Shown here: piece by piece, positions 14,056-27,136 of the stretch
How positions within the stretch are numbered: the stretch's first letter is position 1
Layout: each line of letters starts with the position of its first letter
Assembly: GCA_963693365.1 (NCBI GenBank)
Contig: CAVNZM010000004.1
Location: 1,981,449 to 2,045,448, forward strand
Length of the DNA: 64,000 nucleotides
Direction: 5' to 3'
Origin: Amoebidium appalachense
Lineage: Eukaryota > Protista > Ichthyosporea
Translations under genes and position numbers: made by a program
Notes under the pieces: model-generated
What the model was told of the DNA's origin: nothing
The model's database searches: none
The model's input: only the letters and a program-made list of their open reading frames with translations

Positions 14056-14655
14056 GGTGCAGGCGTATGTGTGCTTTTAAGGGCACCGTGGGGGTGTGTC
14101 GACCGATAGATACTTGGTGGTACACTCCCTCCGTATAAGGCCCGAGTTGTTTTCTTTTTCCTTTTCTTTCCTTCTTCCCTGTCTCTCCCTTTTTTTTTTT
14201 TTTTTTTTTTTTTGTATGTGTGTGTGTAGGGGGGGGGGGGGGGGTCTTCGAATTTCGGCAGCTGTACGTATGGATGGAGTTCAGAAGTTATAATGCCATT
14301 AAGGATTAGCTCTAAAGAAGAGGCAGCCGCGGGGGGGGGGGGGGGGGGGGGGATTCAGATCTCACGAGGTGGGGGTTTGTGCATAAAGCATCTCCGTCTG
14401 CTCTTGTGAGGTCCTAGCATCTGATACTTGCGTGTTTTATATGGGAGTGGATTAGTAATTTATTTCCCACCTGTACATACGAGACGAATACATGGACCAC
14501 TATGTTAAAGCATCTGTTGTGCGCATTGTGTAAACAAAATACACCATACAGAAAAATTGAAAATAAATGAAAGCAACAATTATAGGAGTTTCCAATGTAT
14601 TTAAGCCCGGCAAGTACAGACCACGAAGCTGAAGAAGGGTGTCAACCGCGACAAG

Positions 14656-14690
<35 letters not shown>

Positions 14691-15692
14691 CTGACTGGGT
14701 TGCTCTAAACCTGCTGCCAGGGGGGGGGGGGTCTGTGTGTTTGGATGGGGGGAGAGGAGGGCTGGGGTGGCTATATATGGAAGGGGGATGTGTGTCCTGG
14801 GAACTTCTTTTTCACATCACTAGTACTTTGCACAGATAAAGCCTTTGTGCACCATATCTGGCACAGTATACATCCATACAAAAGCCTATATTCGAATAGG
14901 AAATGTCATGGAGAACACTACATCACATCTGTATGCACTCATTAGTCTGGAATAACATGCTGTAGCTACTAGATATAGCAAAACTTTCATAGGTACACAT
15001 AAGCTCTCATTCATTCAAAACCTGACATTACATACATTACATTACATCACCTCAATTCAGTATAACAGATGCATCAGAGATTAGGAATACGGCGAACAAC
15101 CAACATGAAGAATATAAATTCATTCACGCATGCATACTTCATAACTATACAATATAAAGAACAACCGCCGACATTGCGAGGTTCTGCAATTGCAACGTTG
15201 CAATCGAATCTCTCAACTGGCCTGCCTGGGGCGACGTCTATCACCTTCTGTCCCTAATGGATGTACGTGTGTGTGTGTGTGCGTGTGTGCATGTGTGTGT
15301 GTGTGAGTGTGCACGTGTGCATGTGTAAATGCGCATGTGGTGTGTGCATCAAAGTGTGTATGTGCATCAGTTCATGTGTGCGCGCACCAGGTTTTGCGGG
15401 CGTGTGTGTGAGTGTGTGTGTATGTGTGTGGGACCGTACGTGTGTGTGTGTGACTGTGACTGGGTGAGCGCCGAATTGTCATGTACGTGTGGTTGTGTAC
15501 ATTCATAAGGACGTTAGAATATATCTTACACACCTACACAGCGAGAAAACTTTCGACGGCGGGGGGAAGGGGGGAGGTGGGGGGGAGGGGGGAAGAATCA
15601 AAGGTTCTAAAATAGTTACATCAGCACACTTGGGGTAAATAGGTGTTTGGTAATGATGGTGGCGGTGGTCGTGCGTGTGTCTGTGTGTTTTT

Positions 15693-15734
<42 letters not shown>

Positions 15735-15773
15735 CTTGAATACAATCGACACGTGCGAATGAAAAGCACCGGT

Positions 15774-16064
15774 TCAGGGAATGATGTAGGACTTGAACGA
15801 ACAACCTGTTCTTCCTACAGATGTGCTAATGGCTGTGGGCAAAGCAAACATTACATAGCACAGGCCTACGGTATAGAGAACATAGTGCAACACAGGTCTT
15901 GGCACACGAAAGCCACAATCCACTTGTGCCCTCTTACAGTGGAAGTTTGGTTGTCCGTGTGTGTGTGTGTGCGTGTGTACGTGCGTGCGTGCGTGCGTGC
16001 GTGTGTGTGTGTTTGCGCGCGCGCGCGTGCGCATGTGTGTGTGTGGCGTGCGTTGTGTAGCGAT

Positions 16065-16097
<33 letters not shown>

Positions 16098-17075
16098 GGA
16101 TACCGTGTATAGGCGAGGCACAGTTGTGGGTTGTCTCTGCATACCAGATCAAAGAGCAGGGAGGTGGGGTGCTGGCAGGCAGGGGGCAGGTAGTAGCCAG
16201 AGTCAACCTTGCAGACCTCTGCTCCATTCACATAGATGGTGCATGACCGCCTAGAAAGAAAAAAGGGAGGGGGTGGGGGTGGGGGGGGAGGGGAGGGGGG
16301 GAGGGGGAGGGGAAAGGGAGGGGGTGGGGGAGGGGGTGGGGGGAGGGTGGGGGGGGGGCGGGGTTAGCAGGTAAGAAGACAAAAACATGATGCAGAAATG
16401 AACACACCAGAATTGTGGGCAGGATTAGCAGATCAAGTCACTCATAGAAGGAACAATCAAGTGGGCAATAAATCTTCATTGTTAGCATCAACAGGACTGG
16501 ATTTTGGACCCATTCACCTTGCACGCCATCAATCCAACATGCAAACAACAGCTTACGAGCCCGAGTATGCCGCACAAGTAGAGTCCAAATGGCTTCAAAA
16601 GGAAAGAGGCAGGGAGGGAGAAGGGGCAGAAGGGTCGGGAGGGGGGTTGAATGTGGCATGAGTACAGAAGTCCACACTCAAAACCAATACAATGCAATGT
16701 GCAAACCACACATAAGGAATATGCATAAGAAGCGAAATCCATCCTCAGGGGAGATCCCCCGGGGGGGGGGGGGGGGGGGGGGGGTTTGGCACGCAACTCA
16801 CTCACATGTGTGGGTTCACTGTCTGGGTGTAGTCAAATGATTGTCTCTGCAGGGTTGGCCCGTCCACATCCACACAGGCCTTAAGGGCAGAATAGGACAG
16901 GCCAGTGTGGGTGGCACAGGACTCGGCATTGGTTGGCACCATAGGGTAGTTGCTGGCTGGATTTGGAAGGTGCGGGGGGGGGGGGGGGGGGAGGAGAGGA
17001 AGGGGTAGGAGAGGTAGAAGGGGGGGGGGGGGGGGGGGGGGAGGGGGGGATATGAGGTGTGTGTGTGCATGTGTG

Positions 17076-17142
<67 letters not shown>

Positions 17143-18009
17143 ACGTGTGTTTTGTGTGTGGAAGTACGTGTGTTTGTGTATGAGGATTGTGTGGATGTGG
17201 ATTGTATGTGTCCGGGCGGAAGGGGGGGGGGGGGGGGGGGGTTTGAATGCGGAACACAGTACGAAGTACGCATAGACGATGAGAAGCATGATGCAGGACA
17301 CATGCAAAGGCAAACATTCAAGTATGCAGCATCAGCCATGCGCACAGTATGCGTCATAAGCAGAGCCCATCCTCAGGGAGGGCCCAAGTCATCAATTGCG
17401 TCTGAGTTTCGACCCCTTAGCCCGCGTATATACGACGCTCCAACTCAGACAGCAGCATCAACTGAACTTGGGTGGGTCAACCCGTCTTGATCAAAGACGA
17501 GCAGGGTTGCTTATGCAAGCAAGGTGAGCAAAACGGTGAAGATGTGTGTGCAAACTAATGCAGTGCAGCGACAAACGCGTATGTGCTTACAGATGCACGA
17601 CACAGAGCAACCATGCCCGGTTGCATGGAAGTAAAGATGTCTCCACACAGTGGTCTGTCCTGAAAGGACACCTCTGAAAGAAGACAGGGGGGGGTTTGAA
17701 TGCGGAACACAGTACGAAGTACGCATAGACGATGAGAAGCATGATGCAGGACACATGCAAAGGCAAACATTCAAGTATGCAGCATCAGCCATGCGCACAG
17801 TATGCGTCATAAGCAGAGCCCATCCTCAGGGAGGGCCCAAGTCATCAATTGCGTCTGGGGGGGGGGGGGGGGGCAAGCAAGACACGGCATGGGTTGAAAG
17901 ATAAGGAGGGAAAACACCATGCCGTACACTCAATGTCATGCCTAGGCAACAGGGGCAAAGTCCATTCTCGGAAAAAATCCAAGTCAAGGGGGGGGGGGGG
18001 GGGGAGGGG

Positions 18010-18041
<32 letters not shown>

Positions 18042-18195
18042 TATAACCGGATGACTAATGTTTGGGGCTGTGGCCCAGAAAGCACTAAGGTTGAAGGTTC
18101 TGATATTCGGTGAACACTGGGATCAGGGTAGATCTTCGCTTTTTAACTCTCTCACCCTGCTTGCCCTCCCAGCCCTTTCTCCAAACCACCTCCAG

Positions 18196-18252
<57 letters not shown>

Positions 18253-20713
18253 ACACACCTGCCCGTCCGTCCGCCCACCTGTCCGCCTGCCCGACCCGAC
18301 GGGACCTGGTATCCCAACTCACCCATCACTCACCCCCCCTCCTTCGTTTATATCCAAGAAACACACAAAAACTAATCACAATAGATCTACAAAAAGGTAA
18401 GAAAAGGGGACATGTCGCCTGAGGGTGGGGGGAGAGGGAGAAGGGGGAGGAGAAAGGGAGGGGGACGGAGGGGGGGGGGAGGGAGAGGGAAGGGGGGGAA
18501 GGGGGGGGGGGGGGGGGGAGGGGGGATTTTCATACCCTGGCATACGATGAAGTCCCACCACCTGAAGTTGTCCGGGTACAGCTTCTGGGCACACAGCTGG
18601 TACATGTTGCCCTCACACTGCACATGGGGGTTAGTGGGGCACATGGAGCAAACGGTTGAAAAAGGCCCCATCCCCCTCCCCCTTCCCCTCCCCCCTCCCC
18701 CCTTCCCACCTCAAAACATCCCATCTCCTATCCCAGCCTACCCCTCTGCCCCCCTCCCCGCCTCCCCCTTCTTTCCTTTTTTTTTTTTTTGGTTTTTTGG
18801 AGGGGGGGATGTCTTTTACTATTTACTAAGTACACATCAACAAACACCTGGGGGGGGTGTCCAGAGTACGAAGTAAAGAGTCACGACGGAGGAGCAGGGG
18901 AGGATAGAAAATAAAACAGTACCAACACAAGCAAAATGTTCGTAATCCAAATGCCATGGCCTAGAGAGCAACCACTTTTGCTTTTCAACATACATCCCCC
19001 CCCCCCCCCCCCCCCCCCTTCTCCCCCTTCCCTACCACTACAACCAACAGACACACAACCACAAAAACACACAAGCACATAACTTCATTGAAGGTGATAT
19101 CCCCCCAACCCCCTCCAATTCCATAATGTGTCACAAAGAAGAAGTGAAAACAAAATACTTACACATGCCCCTTCCGCTCCTCCTTTGCGTTCACATATCC
19201 CCAAGCTTGATCCGTTTACAGAACACGACCCCCTCCCCCCCCCTCCCCCTCCCCCTCCCTTTCCTTTGCCCCTTGCCCCCGTTCTCCCGTCATTCCCTCA
19301 ATACACCTCTAACACAAACGTCACAAACAATCACCTCCCATCCCCCCCCCCCCCCCCCCCCCCCCTCCCCCCCCCCCCCCCCTTCGCCTCAAACCTTCCT
19401 CCCCGTCTCCTCGGACCCCTCCCCCCCCCCCAACCCCCCTCCTCCCCCCTCCTTCTCCCTCCCTCAACACACACACACGCACACACACCCCTTCCCCCTG
19501 TATGAGAAACATCACACACCTCACTTGACCCATGTAAACACCCCCCGTCTCTCTCAATATAGTGGGTGCGCAGGGTGAACGTGTCGTTGTCTGCTGAGTA
19601 TCGCAGCAGGGAGAGAGTCTGGTTCATTACTGCGTCACACTTGGCTGCATCTGCTTGAACGAAACACGCGGCGGAGGGGGGGGGGGGGGGGGGGTTAGTG
19701 TGGAATGTGGGACGGCAAGAATATGATTGCAAAATAAAGAACTAGTAAAGTGGAGACGGAGGAAGTTGGAAGGGGCCTGGGGGAGGGGAAGGGGCCGAGC
19801 TAGTGGTCACTTTAATACCCCCCAGGCGGGGGGGGGGGGGGGGGGGGGGGGGGATGATGGGCTTTGAGGGTTAAAACAATAGCAGAAAGAGGCAGGGTGA
19901 AAACACTTGTGGGACCACGACAAGGGAGACCAGTTGGAGGGGTAGGGGTGGGGGTGGTGAAGTGTGTGGGTGGGGGGAGGAAGGGGGGGGGGGGGGGGGG
20001 GGGGGAGGGGGGCGCGGAGAGGGAAGGGGGGGAGGTACAGAGGCGAAGAAAAAAGGCACGGTCAAAGCTCACGGTGAACAAGTTGTGTGCGCCGTTTATT
20101 CCCGACCATACCCACAAGACCTTCCCCTCCCCCCCTCCTTGTCTGGAACTCTCACTCTCGTTCTCTCTCTCCCCCTTCTTCCCCTACCATCCCTTTGACC
20201 CCATCGCACCCTTCCTTTCCCTACCCCCCCTCTTGCCTCCCTCGCCTCCGTCTCCCCCCCCCCCCCCCCCCCCCCCCCCACGCCCCAACACCTCTCGCCA
20301 GCTCATCCCTCGCTGCCTGCCCAGATCTAAAAGATCTAGCAAGACACAGCCGTCCCTCACTCTCTTCCCTCACTCTCCCACACACGCTGAAACTGATAAC
20401 TCCACGAACTCTGAAGCAAATAAAAAAACAGAAAAAAAAAGCAGTAATGCTCACGATAACATAAAGATGTGAAGCCATGCTTAGCAGACAAGGGGTCAAA
20501 CCCAGAGGGGAAGGGGGGGGAGTTGTTATCCACCTGTGTATCTATTTGTTTACTTATACGCTGCCATGTCTGTAAACGCTGATGCCGTGCAACAAAGATA
20601 GCTGAGTATGCAACAAGTTCACAAGCACAGTATACCAGATGCATCGGCACAAGCATAGAACCCAAACAATGTGTCCGCATGGCAAAATGCACAAACTTGT
20701 ACAGTGACCCACT

Positions 20714-20752
<39 letters not shown>

Positions 20753-21345
20753 GACACACACACCCTCAAAGAAGCCTAATCTTGCACATTCCACAAGACT
20801 GTGAACAACAAGGGTCAGGATCCGGAAACATGGGGAGGATCTACATGAAGCCTAATGTGGCAACCAGTCAACCACGCAAGAAAGAACTCAAGATTTCACA
20901 CACGTAAACTCTACCAAATTTAAATGTTAAATGTCCACTTGCACATGCCCAATTAAAGACACAGAATATAGGCAATAACGTTCATAATCGGATCCCTTAC
21001 TGATGTTGCACCAGAAGAGAAAGTGCTTCGATGGGGAAGCAAGCATTGGTGCACCTTATAGGTCATGTTACCAATTGCACCACATCATAAAAATCGGTGG
21101 TGAAAGTGTTGTTGGTGGTGTGTTTTGTGTTAAACGGAGGGTTGGGAGCTTTTGGGTGTGGGTGTGTGTTTGGGGATGGAAGGGGAGGAGGGAAGGAGCA
21201 GGAAGGTAGGCTAACCTGGACATTTGGACATGACGAACATGTCAATCTTCACCGGTTCTCTTTCTCGTGCTTGTGGGCGACACAGAGCGGGCTGGATTAG
21301 TTGCAACATGATGAGCAAGCTAACGTATAATAGTGGTGGTGCCAT
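15774..21345 (-). CDS. GILT-family (gamma-interferon-inducible lysosomal thiol reductase-like) secreted protein; spliced, last exon uncertain
   Basis: Exons: 21216-21345 (signal peptide MAPPLLYVSLLIMLQLIQPALC..., then VKIDMFVMSKCP), 19520-19650 (DAAKC...CLHGSSE), 18536-18617 (CEGNMYQLCA...WWDFIVCQ), 16806-16956, 16104-16250 (RSCTIYVNGAEVC). CxHGxxECxxN is the GILT signature. The terminal exon (~15930 down to 15866 or 15774) is ambiguous. Confidence 0.8.
17241..17857 (-). repeat. Two identical 164-bp direct repeats (17241-17404 and 17694-17857) around a 289-bp spacer; members of the intronic poly(C)-tailed repeat family
   Basis: gtttgaatgcggaacacagtacgaagtacg...gcagagcccatcctcagggagggcccaagtcatcaattgcgtctg appears twice; the ORF track shows the same peptides duplicated. 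Confidence 0.92.
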
Positions 21346-22367
21346 CTTGACAGTTTAGTTTAAAATAACAAAACACCATGGCTTGTGCAAAGGACCGTGT
21401 GACCTATGCACCTGAAATTGAATTCAGGTTTGTGCCAGTGGCTATGCTCTGTCCAACATCTCGGCCAATGGCACTGTGACTTCAAATTTCAAACCCCGTA
21501 TATAGGCGATAGACAGTGGGTCAAAGTCACGCAGATCATTCGGCACATGAATGGCTATGCCATTCGTAACCCGGCATGTTCGGTGTGTGTGTGTGTGTGT
21601 GTGTTGTGTGTTTGTGTGTGTGTGTGTGCCACGGTGTGTGTATGTCTGTGTGTATGTGTGTGTGTGTGTGTGCGTGTGTGTGTGTGTGTCTGTGTGTGTG
21701 TGTGTGCACATGCATGTGTGTGTGTACCCCGGTAGTACCGGTATACGAAAGGGTGTGTATGGTGCACGACGTACGTGGGTAGGTGGGTATGGATGACACA
21801 CGGGTGGTTGGCACACGTGGCCATGGCATATGCAATGCATGTGCACGTGGCGAGTCGATGAACATGGGTGTGTGTGTGGGTATGGGGTGTGTGTAAATGT
21901 ATGTATGTCACAGTGTGTGTGCCGTGTGTGTGGGTGGGTGGGTGGGTGCCGGGTGAGCGGGTGCCACGGACGGTCGGTGGGTGGTTCATGTGCAATTTCC
22001 TAACCGTTGGGTGTGGAGTGTTGGCGTGGACAAGGTCATGTGAGGGTATGTGTACATGTGCATGCGTGCGTGTGTGTGTGTCAGTGTACATGTGCAGTGC
22101 CACGTGTGTGTGTGTCAGTTGTGTTTGCACATGCGTGTGTTTGGGTGTGCGTTACATGTAAAGTTGGTTTGTGTGTGCGCGCGCGTGTGTGATGGGGGGT
22201 AGAAGGGGTGGAGGGATCTCGGGTGTGTGTGTGTGTGTGGGCAGGGGGAGGGAGGGGTGGGGAGGGGGGCCCGGGAGGGGGAGGGAAGAAGAAGTGAGGG
22301 TGGGGCAAAAGCTTGGGCTGTGCTATCTAAAGTTGACAGCATGATGGTAAACGTGGTGTTGGTGGCT

Positions 22368-22405
<38 letters not shown>

Positions 22406-22901
22406 GCACGAACGGTTCAAAATAGTTTTGGCTTACATCATGTGCACAACTTAGCAACATCGATAGTCTTTAGCAACATCGATAGTCTTTAGCTCAATTC
22501 CACGTCTTTATTTACATGCATAAACAAAGGGAAAAATGCTATCTGTCACCTTGCCCATAAAATATTTCAAAACCTAGTAGCCGAACAACTAAACTAAAAT
22601 GTAGGTTTGCATCCCAATACTATTGGGAGAAAGCCTCAAACCGGCTTAAATCCTTCATTTTCACCCAGGCTGTCTAGCCAAATAAAAAAAACGAGACCAG
22701 TTATAACTGTTGAAAGTTCTTCAAACCATTTCATGCATGTTGATAAAATGTAACAATTTGATACTCGACAATGAGGCTGTCGAACGATAACATTCGGCTA
22801 GTACTCTTTTTTCCGCAGGTATTGACTGTGCGAGTACCGATTGCACAGGTAAATGATTGCATAAGTACCTATTGCACAAAGTACTTCTTGCACGAGGCTG
22901 C

Positions 22902-23297
22902 CTATACGACATTATGGCGCACCAGAGGCAGGTAGTTGGGGCGGAAGAACTGCTTTTCGACCTCCTCCTCGAGGTTCTCGGGCATTGGTGCCCGGGCAAG
23001 ACCCTCGGCGTGTGCCTGGCGGACAACTGTCGGAAAATCCCAGTGTTAATATAGGCATGATAATGTGCTTGTGTGTGTGTGTGTGTGCGTGCGTGCATGC
23101 GTGTGTGTGTGTGTTGGTTGTGGTGGTTAAAGGGAGGATGGACGTGGGGGGGAGGGGGTGGAGGGTGGGATGGGATGGGGATAAAGGCCTGCAAATTTGT
23201 GAAGTCATGTTAAAACGTATATCCGGAAGACTAAAAAGCGAGGAAGATCATTGGATAGGAGTCTAGAGTGAAGTGTGGACGTAGGGTGGGCCAGGAG

Positions 23298-23330
<33 letters not shown>

Positions 23331-23806
23331 GATCAAGGGGGGCAGGGTTTTTTTTTGAATAAACGTACCAGCGGCGGTGATCTTCTTAGCGCATGCCTGG
23401 ATCTTCTCAATGTCGGGATAGGTCTTGCCCATCTTGACGTCCTCCTCGGTGAGCGCCTCACCCAGTGTGCGGGCAGCAACGTACAGCATAGAGTCGGTGA
23501 TAATGCGGGGCTGGGCAATGGCAGAGGCCAGACCGAGAGACGGGAAGATGTACATCTGGGGGGGTAGGGGTGTTAGGTTCCGAATGATTTTGTGGGCCAA
23601 GCAGGATATAGGTGAATGAACAAGAGAGATGGGATATGGGCGGATGTGGCGGGGCGGTGGTGGTGCGGGAGGGGGGTAGGGGGGGGGGGGGGGGAGAGGA
23701 GGAAATAAGGAGGAAGAGCAAGAATAAAGGGAGGGGTCCCCAGGAGGGAAGCAGAAGGGAGAGCACGGCTTCCAAAAATAACGGGCAGTTTTTTTTTTTT
23801 TTTTTT

Positions 23807-23837
<31 letters not shown>

Positions 23838-26800
23838 GGGGGGTTGACGACAGGGGATAAGGATGAGGGGGTAGCAGGTAGCAAGAAGGGAACTCACGTT
23901 GTTGCCCTGGGACGAGTAGTAAGTCTTGCCGTTGATGGTAACGGGGGCGAAGGGGCTGCCGGTGGCCACAATGGCCTTGCCCTCAGTCCACCTGAAGGCC
24001 TGCTCGGTCGTGCACTCGCTCTTGGACGTGGGGTTGGACATGGGGCAGATGAATGGGCGGTCGCAATACTTGGACATCTCCCTAATAATCTCCTCGGTGA
24101 ATGTGTTGGGGGCGGTGGAAAGACCCAGAAGCACAGTGGGCTTCACACGCTTGACGACTTCCAGAAGGTTAAGACCGTCCTCCATGTCGTCACGGCTGAA
24201 CAGCATCTGCTCCTCATTTGCGCGCTTCTTGGTCACAAGACCCTTCACGTCAAGCATCCAGAAGTTCTTGCCGGCCTCCTGCATGGGTAGAGATGGTTTA
24301 GCAAAAGGCTTTTTGATATAAATGGGTGGATGTCTGAGCAATAGGGGACACCCGGGGGAGGGAGGGGGGGGGGGGGGGGGGGGGGGGGGCAGCAAGGGAC
24401 GCCAGGGGGGAGAGGGAGGGGGAGGAGCAGGAAGGAAGAACGGGAGGGGGGGAGGGGGGGGGGGGGGGGGGGGGAAAGGAAGGAGGAAAGGAAGGAGCGG
24501 GGGAGGGGCGGGGGGGGAGGGGGGGGAGTGGGGGGGGGAAGGAAAGGGGGGAACATTCACCTCACGAGTCATGCCCTCGTTGACCATGCCGTTTGTGATG
24601 GCATCAAGCACACCCACACCGGCGGAGCCGGCACCCAAGCACACCACACGCTGCTCCTTGATGGCAGCGCTGGGCAGACCACGAATGCGCAGGTAAGAGA
24701 ACACGCCGGCAAGGGCAACAGCACCCGTACCCTGAATGTCATCATTGAACACCAGTTTGTCGTAGCGATAGCGCTTGAGCAGTGCATGTGCATTCTCAGA
24801 CATGAAATCCTCGAACTGCACCATCACACCGGGCCAGCGGGAGGTGACGGCGTCAACAAACTCGTCCACCAGGCCGAAGAACTCCGGCCCCTTGATGCGG
24901 GGGTGGGGGCGACCAATGTACAGAGGGTTGTTAAGAAGTTTGGGGTTGTCTGTGCCGAAGTCGAGCTGGATGGGCAGCACACGGCCGGGGTCCACACCAC
25001 CGCAGGCAACGTACAGAGACAGCTTGCCGATCTGTAAGAAGACAGGGTGGGTAAGCGTTGGGCACGGGTGGCTGAGGCAAGAGGGAGGAAACTCAGGGTA
25101 GGGGGAGAGGGGGGGGCTGCTGAGAGGGAGGGATGCTCTGGGGAGGGGGGTCGGGGGGGGGGGGGGGTCGGGGGGGAGGGCTGGGAAAGGGAAGGGGGGG
25201 GGGGGGGGGGGGGAGGACGAGCACTGAGACAAGCGAAAGGCAGGGTGGAAGACAGGTGAGGAGAATGGCACGAACGTTTCAGTAAAAGGTTGGAGAGATG
25301 GGTAGAAGGTTGGAGGGAGAGGGGAGGAGGAAAAGGGGTTAACGTTGAAGGGGGATAGATGTATTTGGGAGTAAGGAAAGGGGAGTGGGGGGAAGGGGAT
25401 GGAAAAGGATGGCTACATGGCAGGAATCGACAATCGGGAGGTAGCAAGGAGGGAGAGAGGGGGAGAGGGGGGAGGGAGGAGAGGGCAGGGAGGGAGGGAG
25501 AGAAGGGGAAGGAAAGGCAGGCGGTGTGTGTGTGTGTGTATGTGTGTGTGGGGGGGGGGGGGGGGGAGGGGGGAGAAGAAGAGAGGGAGGGAGGTGGTGT
25601 TGGGGGGGGGGGGGGGGGGGGGGGGGGGCAGAGAGGAAGGGAAGGGGGGAGGGAGAGAAGGAGAAGGAAAGGAGGGGGAGGGGGGAGAGGAGAAGGGGAG
25701 AAAGGAGAGGGTGGGCGGGAGGGGGGGGGGGGGGGGGGGGGAGAAGGAGAAGGAGAAGGAGGGGAGGGAAGGGGAGGAAGAGAGGAAAGGAAGGGGCGGG
25801 GGGAGGGGGGGGGTTACATACGGGGATACCCATGCCCTGGCAACCCAAGTCACCCAGACCCAGAATGCGGGAGCCATCCGTCACACAGATGACATCAACC
25901 TTGTCGGCATGCCAGTTGTAGACCATAGAGTGCATGGCACCCTTGTCGTCAGAGCTGAAGTACATGCCACGTGCGCGGCGGTAGAGTGCAGAGAACTTTT
26001 GGCATGCCTCTCCCACGGTGGGGGTGTAGATGAGAGGGGCGATGCCTGCAAGGTCGTCCATGACCACCTTGTAGAAGAGTGTCTCGTTGCGGTCCATAAG
26101 GGCCATCAGTGTGAGATACTTCTCGATGTTGGTCTTGCAGTTGGCAAGCGTCTTGTGCACGCGCTGCTCCTGAGCCTGTGTGGTGGTGTAGGTGTTAGAA
26201 ACGAAGCAAACATAGCAGATGTTCGGCCGGGGGAAATTAAATCCATACAAAGGTGTACCTGCAGGTGGTCAAGAGCAAAATACATTGCCTCGTCATTCAC
26301 CTGACCTTCAATGCAACTTACAGACTATGTCCCCTTCAATATGCAAACAGTCCATAATCAAATGTGCACGTGTCAAACTGATACTTACTTCGAGAGAAAG
26401 TTGTGCGGGAGGCAACAGACCGCGCAGGCCCATGCGCTCACGCTCGGCAATTGTGTATGCCGTCCCCTTGTTGAAGAGGGGCTCGTGAATGAGGGTGTCT
26501 CCGTGGAGATCCGTCAGCCAAACCTCTGTAAAATGAAGGGCGGAAACGATTAGAAAAGGAGACTCACGAGTTTGGAAAACGAAGGGAACTACAATCGATA
26601 GTTGACAATTGTGCACTTAGTACAGGAAAAAAAGAAAGGCCAGGTTTTCTTTGCGTAACTATTTTGATTCAGTTGTGATTCATGATAGCTTATGTCTAAG
26701 CAATAAATATGTCAACAGTTGGACATGAAAAACGAAGAGAAAGGAAGAAGAATTTGGGAGAATTTGGATACTCACTTTCATTGCCGTCCAGAATCCTCTT

Positions 26801-27136
26801 CTGCAGAGGGGAAAGAGCAGAGAAAGGTCAGCAAGCCGCTTACACCAAAACTTACATGGCCCTCAAAGAGATCCTTCTAACACAATAATTCAAGATGTTT
26901 GACAGACTAAAAAGCACATGATTTGCCCCCTTGATCAAACCTCGAGCCCAAAAGCAACCCTAAAAAATTACTTTCAAAGAAAGAGAGTGAAGGGGGGAAA
27001 AGGAGGGAAGGTGGAGTTCACTCACCCCAGAGGCAGGGGCAGCAGCATGAAAGGCACGGCGCCAGAGACCAGTAGCAACGGCCGGGGCGGCCTTCGCCAC
27101 GCCAGTGGCTAAGTAAGTATAGGCAGCAATAGACAT
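22902..27136 (-). CDS. ME: Malic enzyme (NAD(P)-dependent malate dehydrogenase, decarboxylating) with a predicted mitochondrial transit peptide; 9 exons
   Basis: Exons: 27026-27136 (MSIAAY...GLWRRAFHAAAPASG; Arg/Ala-rich, no acidic residues), 26776-26800, 26568-26588, 26389-26525 (FNKGTAYTIAERERMGLRGLLPP), 25822-26175 (PLIYTPTVGEAC, VTDGSRILGLGDLG), 24561-25031 (QFEDF, FNDDIQGTG, GAGSAG), 23898-24278 (MSNPT, SQGNN), 23369-23555, 22902-23026 (…FFRPNYLPLVRHNVV*). Confidence 0.96.

Noticed and set aside
21442-22445. Possible extra small gene between GILT and malic enzyme (…IHVPNDLRDFDPLSIAYIRGLKF…)
   Set aside because: No consistent start or splice model and no recognisable domain; it may be GILT promoter or UTR.
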